Assembly: GCA_938036155.1 (NCBI GenBank)
Contig: CALHPA010000004.1
Span: 5,376 to 69,375 of the forward strand
Direction of reading: 5' to 3'
Source of the DNA: an uncultured bacterium
GTDB lineage: Bacteria > Patescibacteriota > Saccharimonadia > Saccharimonadales > Saccharimonadaceae
Length of the DNA stretch: 64,000 nucleotides
Below the pieces are notes generated by a model. The model worked only from the letters and a program-made list of their open reading frames with translations. It did no database searches and was not told the origin of the DNA. This document shows, piece after piece, positions 63,802 through 64,000 of this stretch. The position numbers were made by a program, and so were the translations under genes. Numbering within the stretch: the first letter of the stretch is position 1; each line of letters starts with the position of its first letter.

Positions 63802-64000
63802 ATGACAACAATTATTTTTATTGTAATTCTTTTTATTTTTCTAACACTCTCTCGGCGTAAAATGGGCTATTTTAATCTTATCGTTCTCTCGGGGATTGTT
63901 TTAAATAGATATTGGAATAAAGATATTACTAATTTTTTAACAACTTCAAATTTAGTAATTCCAGAGTCAACTTTAAGCGGAATCATTGGTTTATTTCTAA
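63802..64000 (+). CDS. Membrane protein, 5' part only (runs off the window)
   Basis: Open frame MTTIIFIVILFIFLTLSRRKMGYFNLIVLSGIVLNRYW.. to the window end. An extended -10 (TGCTATAAT, 63787-63795) lies 6 nt before the ATG. Confidence 0.4.
   Translation, partial: MTTIIFIVILFIFLTLSRRKMGYFNLIVLSGIVLNRYWNKDITNFLTTSNLVIPESTLSGIIGLFL

Noticed and set aside
1-64000. Possible alternative genetic code (UGA read as Gly or Trp, as in some candidate phyla and Mollicutes)
   Set aside because: TGA terminates well-supported ORFs at sensible lengths (17342-17344, 48883-48885, 52701-52703). The conserved proteins (UvrA, DnaK, AspS, Xfp) are full length with no internal TGA, which points to the standard code 11.
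1-64000. CRISPR arrays, rRNA genes, transposases, integrases, prophage or recognisable defence systems (RM, TA, Abi and others)
   Set aside because: I found no direct-repeat/spacer arrays and no matching protein signatures. The only mobile-like signal is the transposase-less GC-rich island, which is reported separately.

Overview
This is a low-GC (about 35% by eye), tightly packed bacterial chromosome segment, coded almost entirely on the plus strand with standard stop codon usage. The gene content suggests a reduced-genome monoderm of the Saccharibacteria/Patescibacteria type, but that is inference only: wall-polysaccharide/LCP locus, arginine deiminase genes, phosphoketolase, class I aldolase, many tiny membrane proteins and cut-down regulators. 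Gene order: (1) 1-18968, an ABC-transporter-dependent cell-wall polysaccharide locus: GtrB-like GT2, triple ricin-lectin protein, Wzm/Wzt-like exporter, several GT2/GT4 enzymes, a GT-C-like membrane protein, rmlA, a polyprenyl-P sugar phosphotransferase, a WaaL/Wzy-like protein and an LCP ligase. (2) A LexA-N-terminal-only protein and MscS. (3) arcA-arcB-carrier, with no arcC in the window. (4) Housekeeping and repair genes: aspS, trmB, uvrA, galE, uvrC, yebC, gmk. (5) A PadR-PspC-MacB-like envelope module. (6) rclA-like reductase and a PfkB-like::class I aldolase fusion. (7) A tRNA cluster with three CAT anticodons, plus tRNA-Asn. (8) An hrcA-grpE / dnaK / dnaJ regulon split into three CIRCE-controlled units. 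These are separated by phosphoketolase, small stress proteins and a GC-rich island of about 0.8 kb that holds a frameshifted pseudogene. The most unusual signals: about 9-fold over-representation of the palindrome TTCGAA across the whole window; many promoters whose -10 box sits 6-7 nt from the start codon, implying leaderless mRNAs; the GC-rich island bounded by inverted repeats; an orphan promoter-terminator unit; and several degenerate or fused enzymes. No CRISPR array, rRNA, transposase or recognisable defence system was seen.
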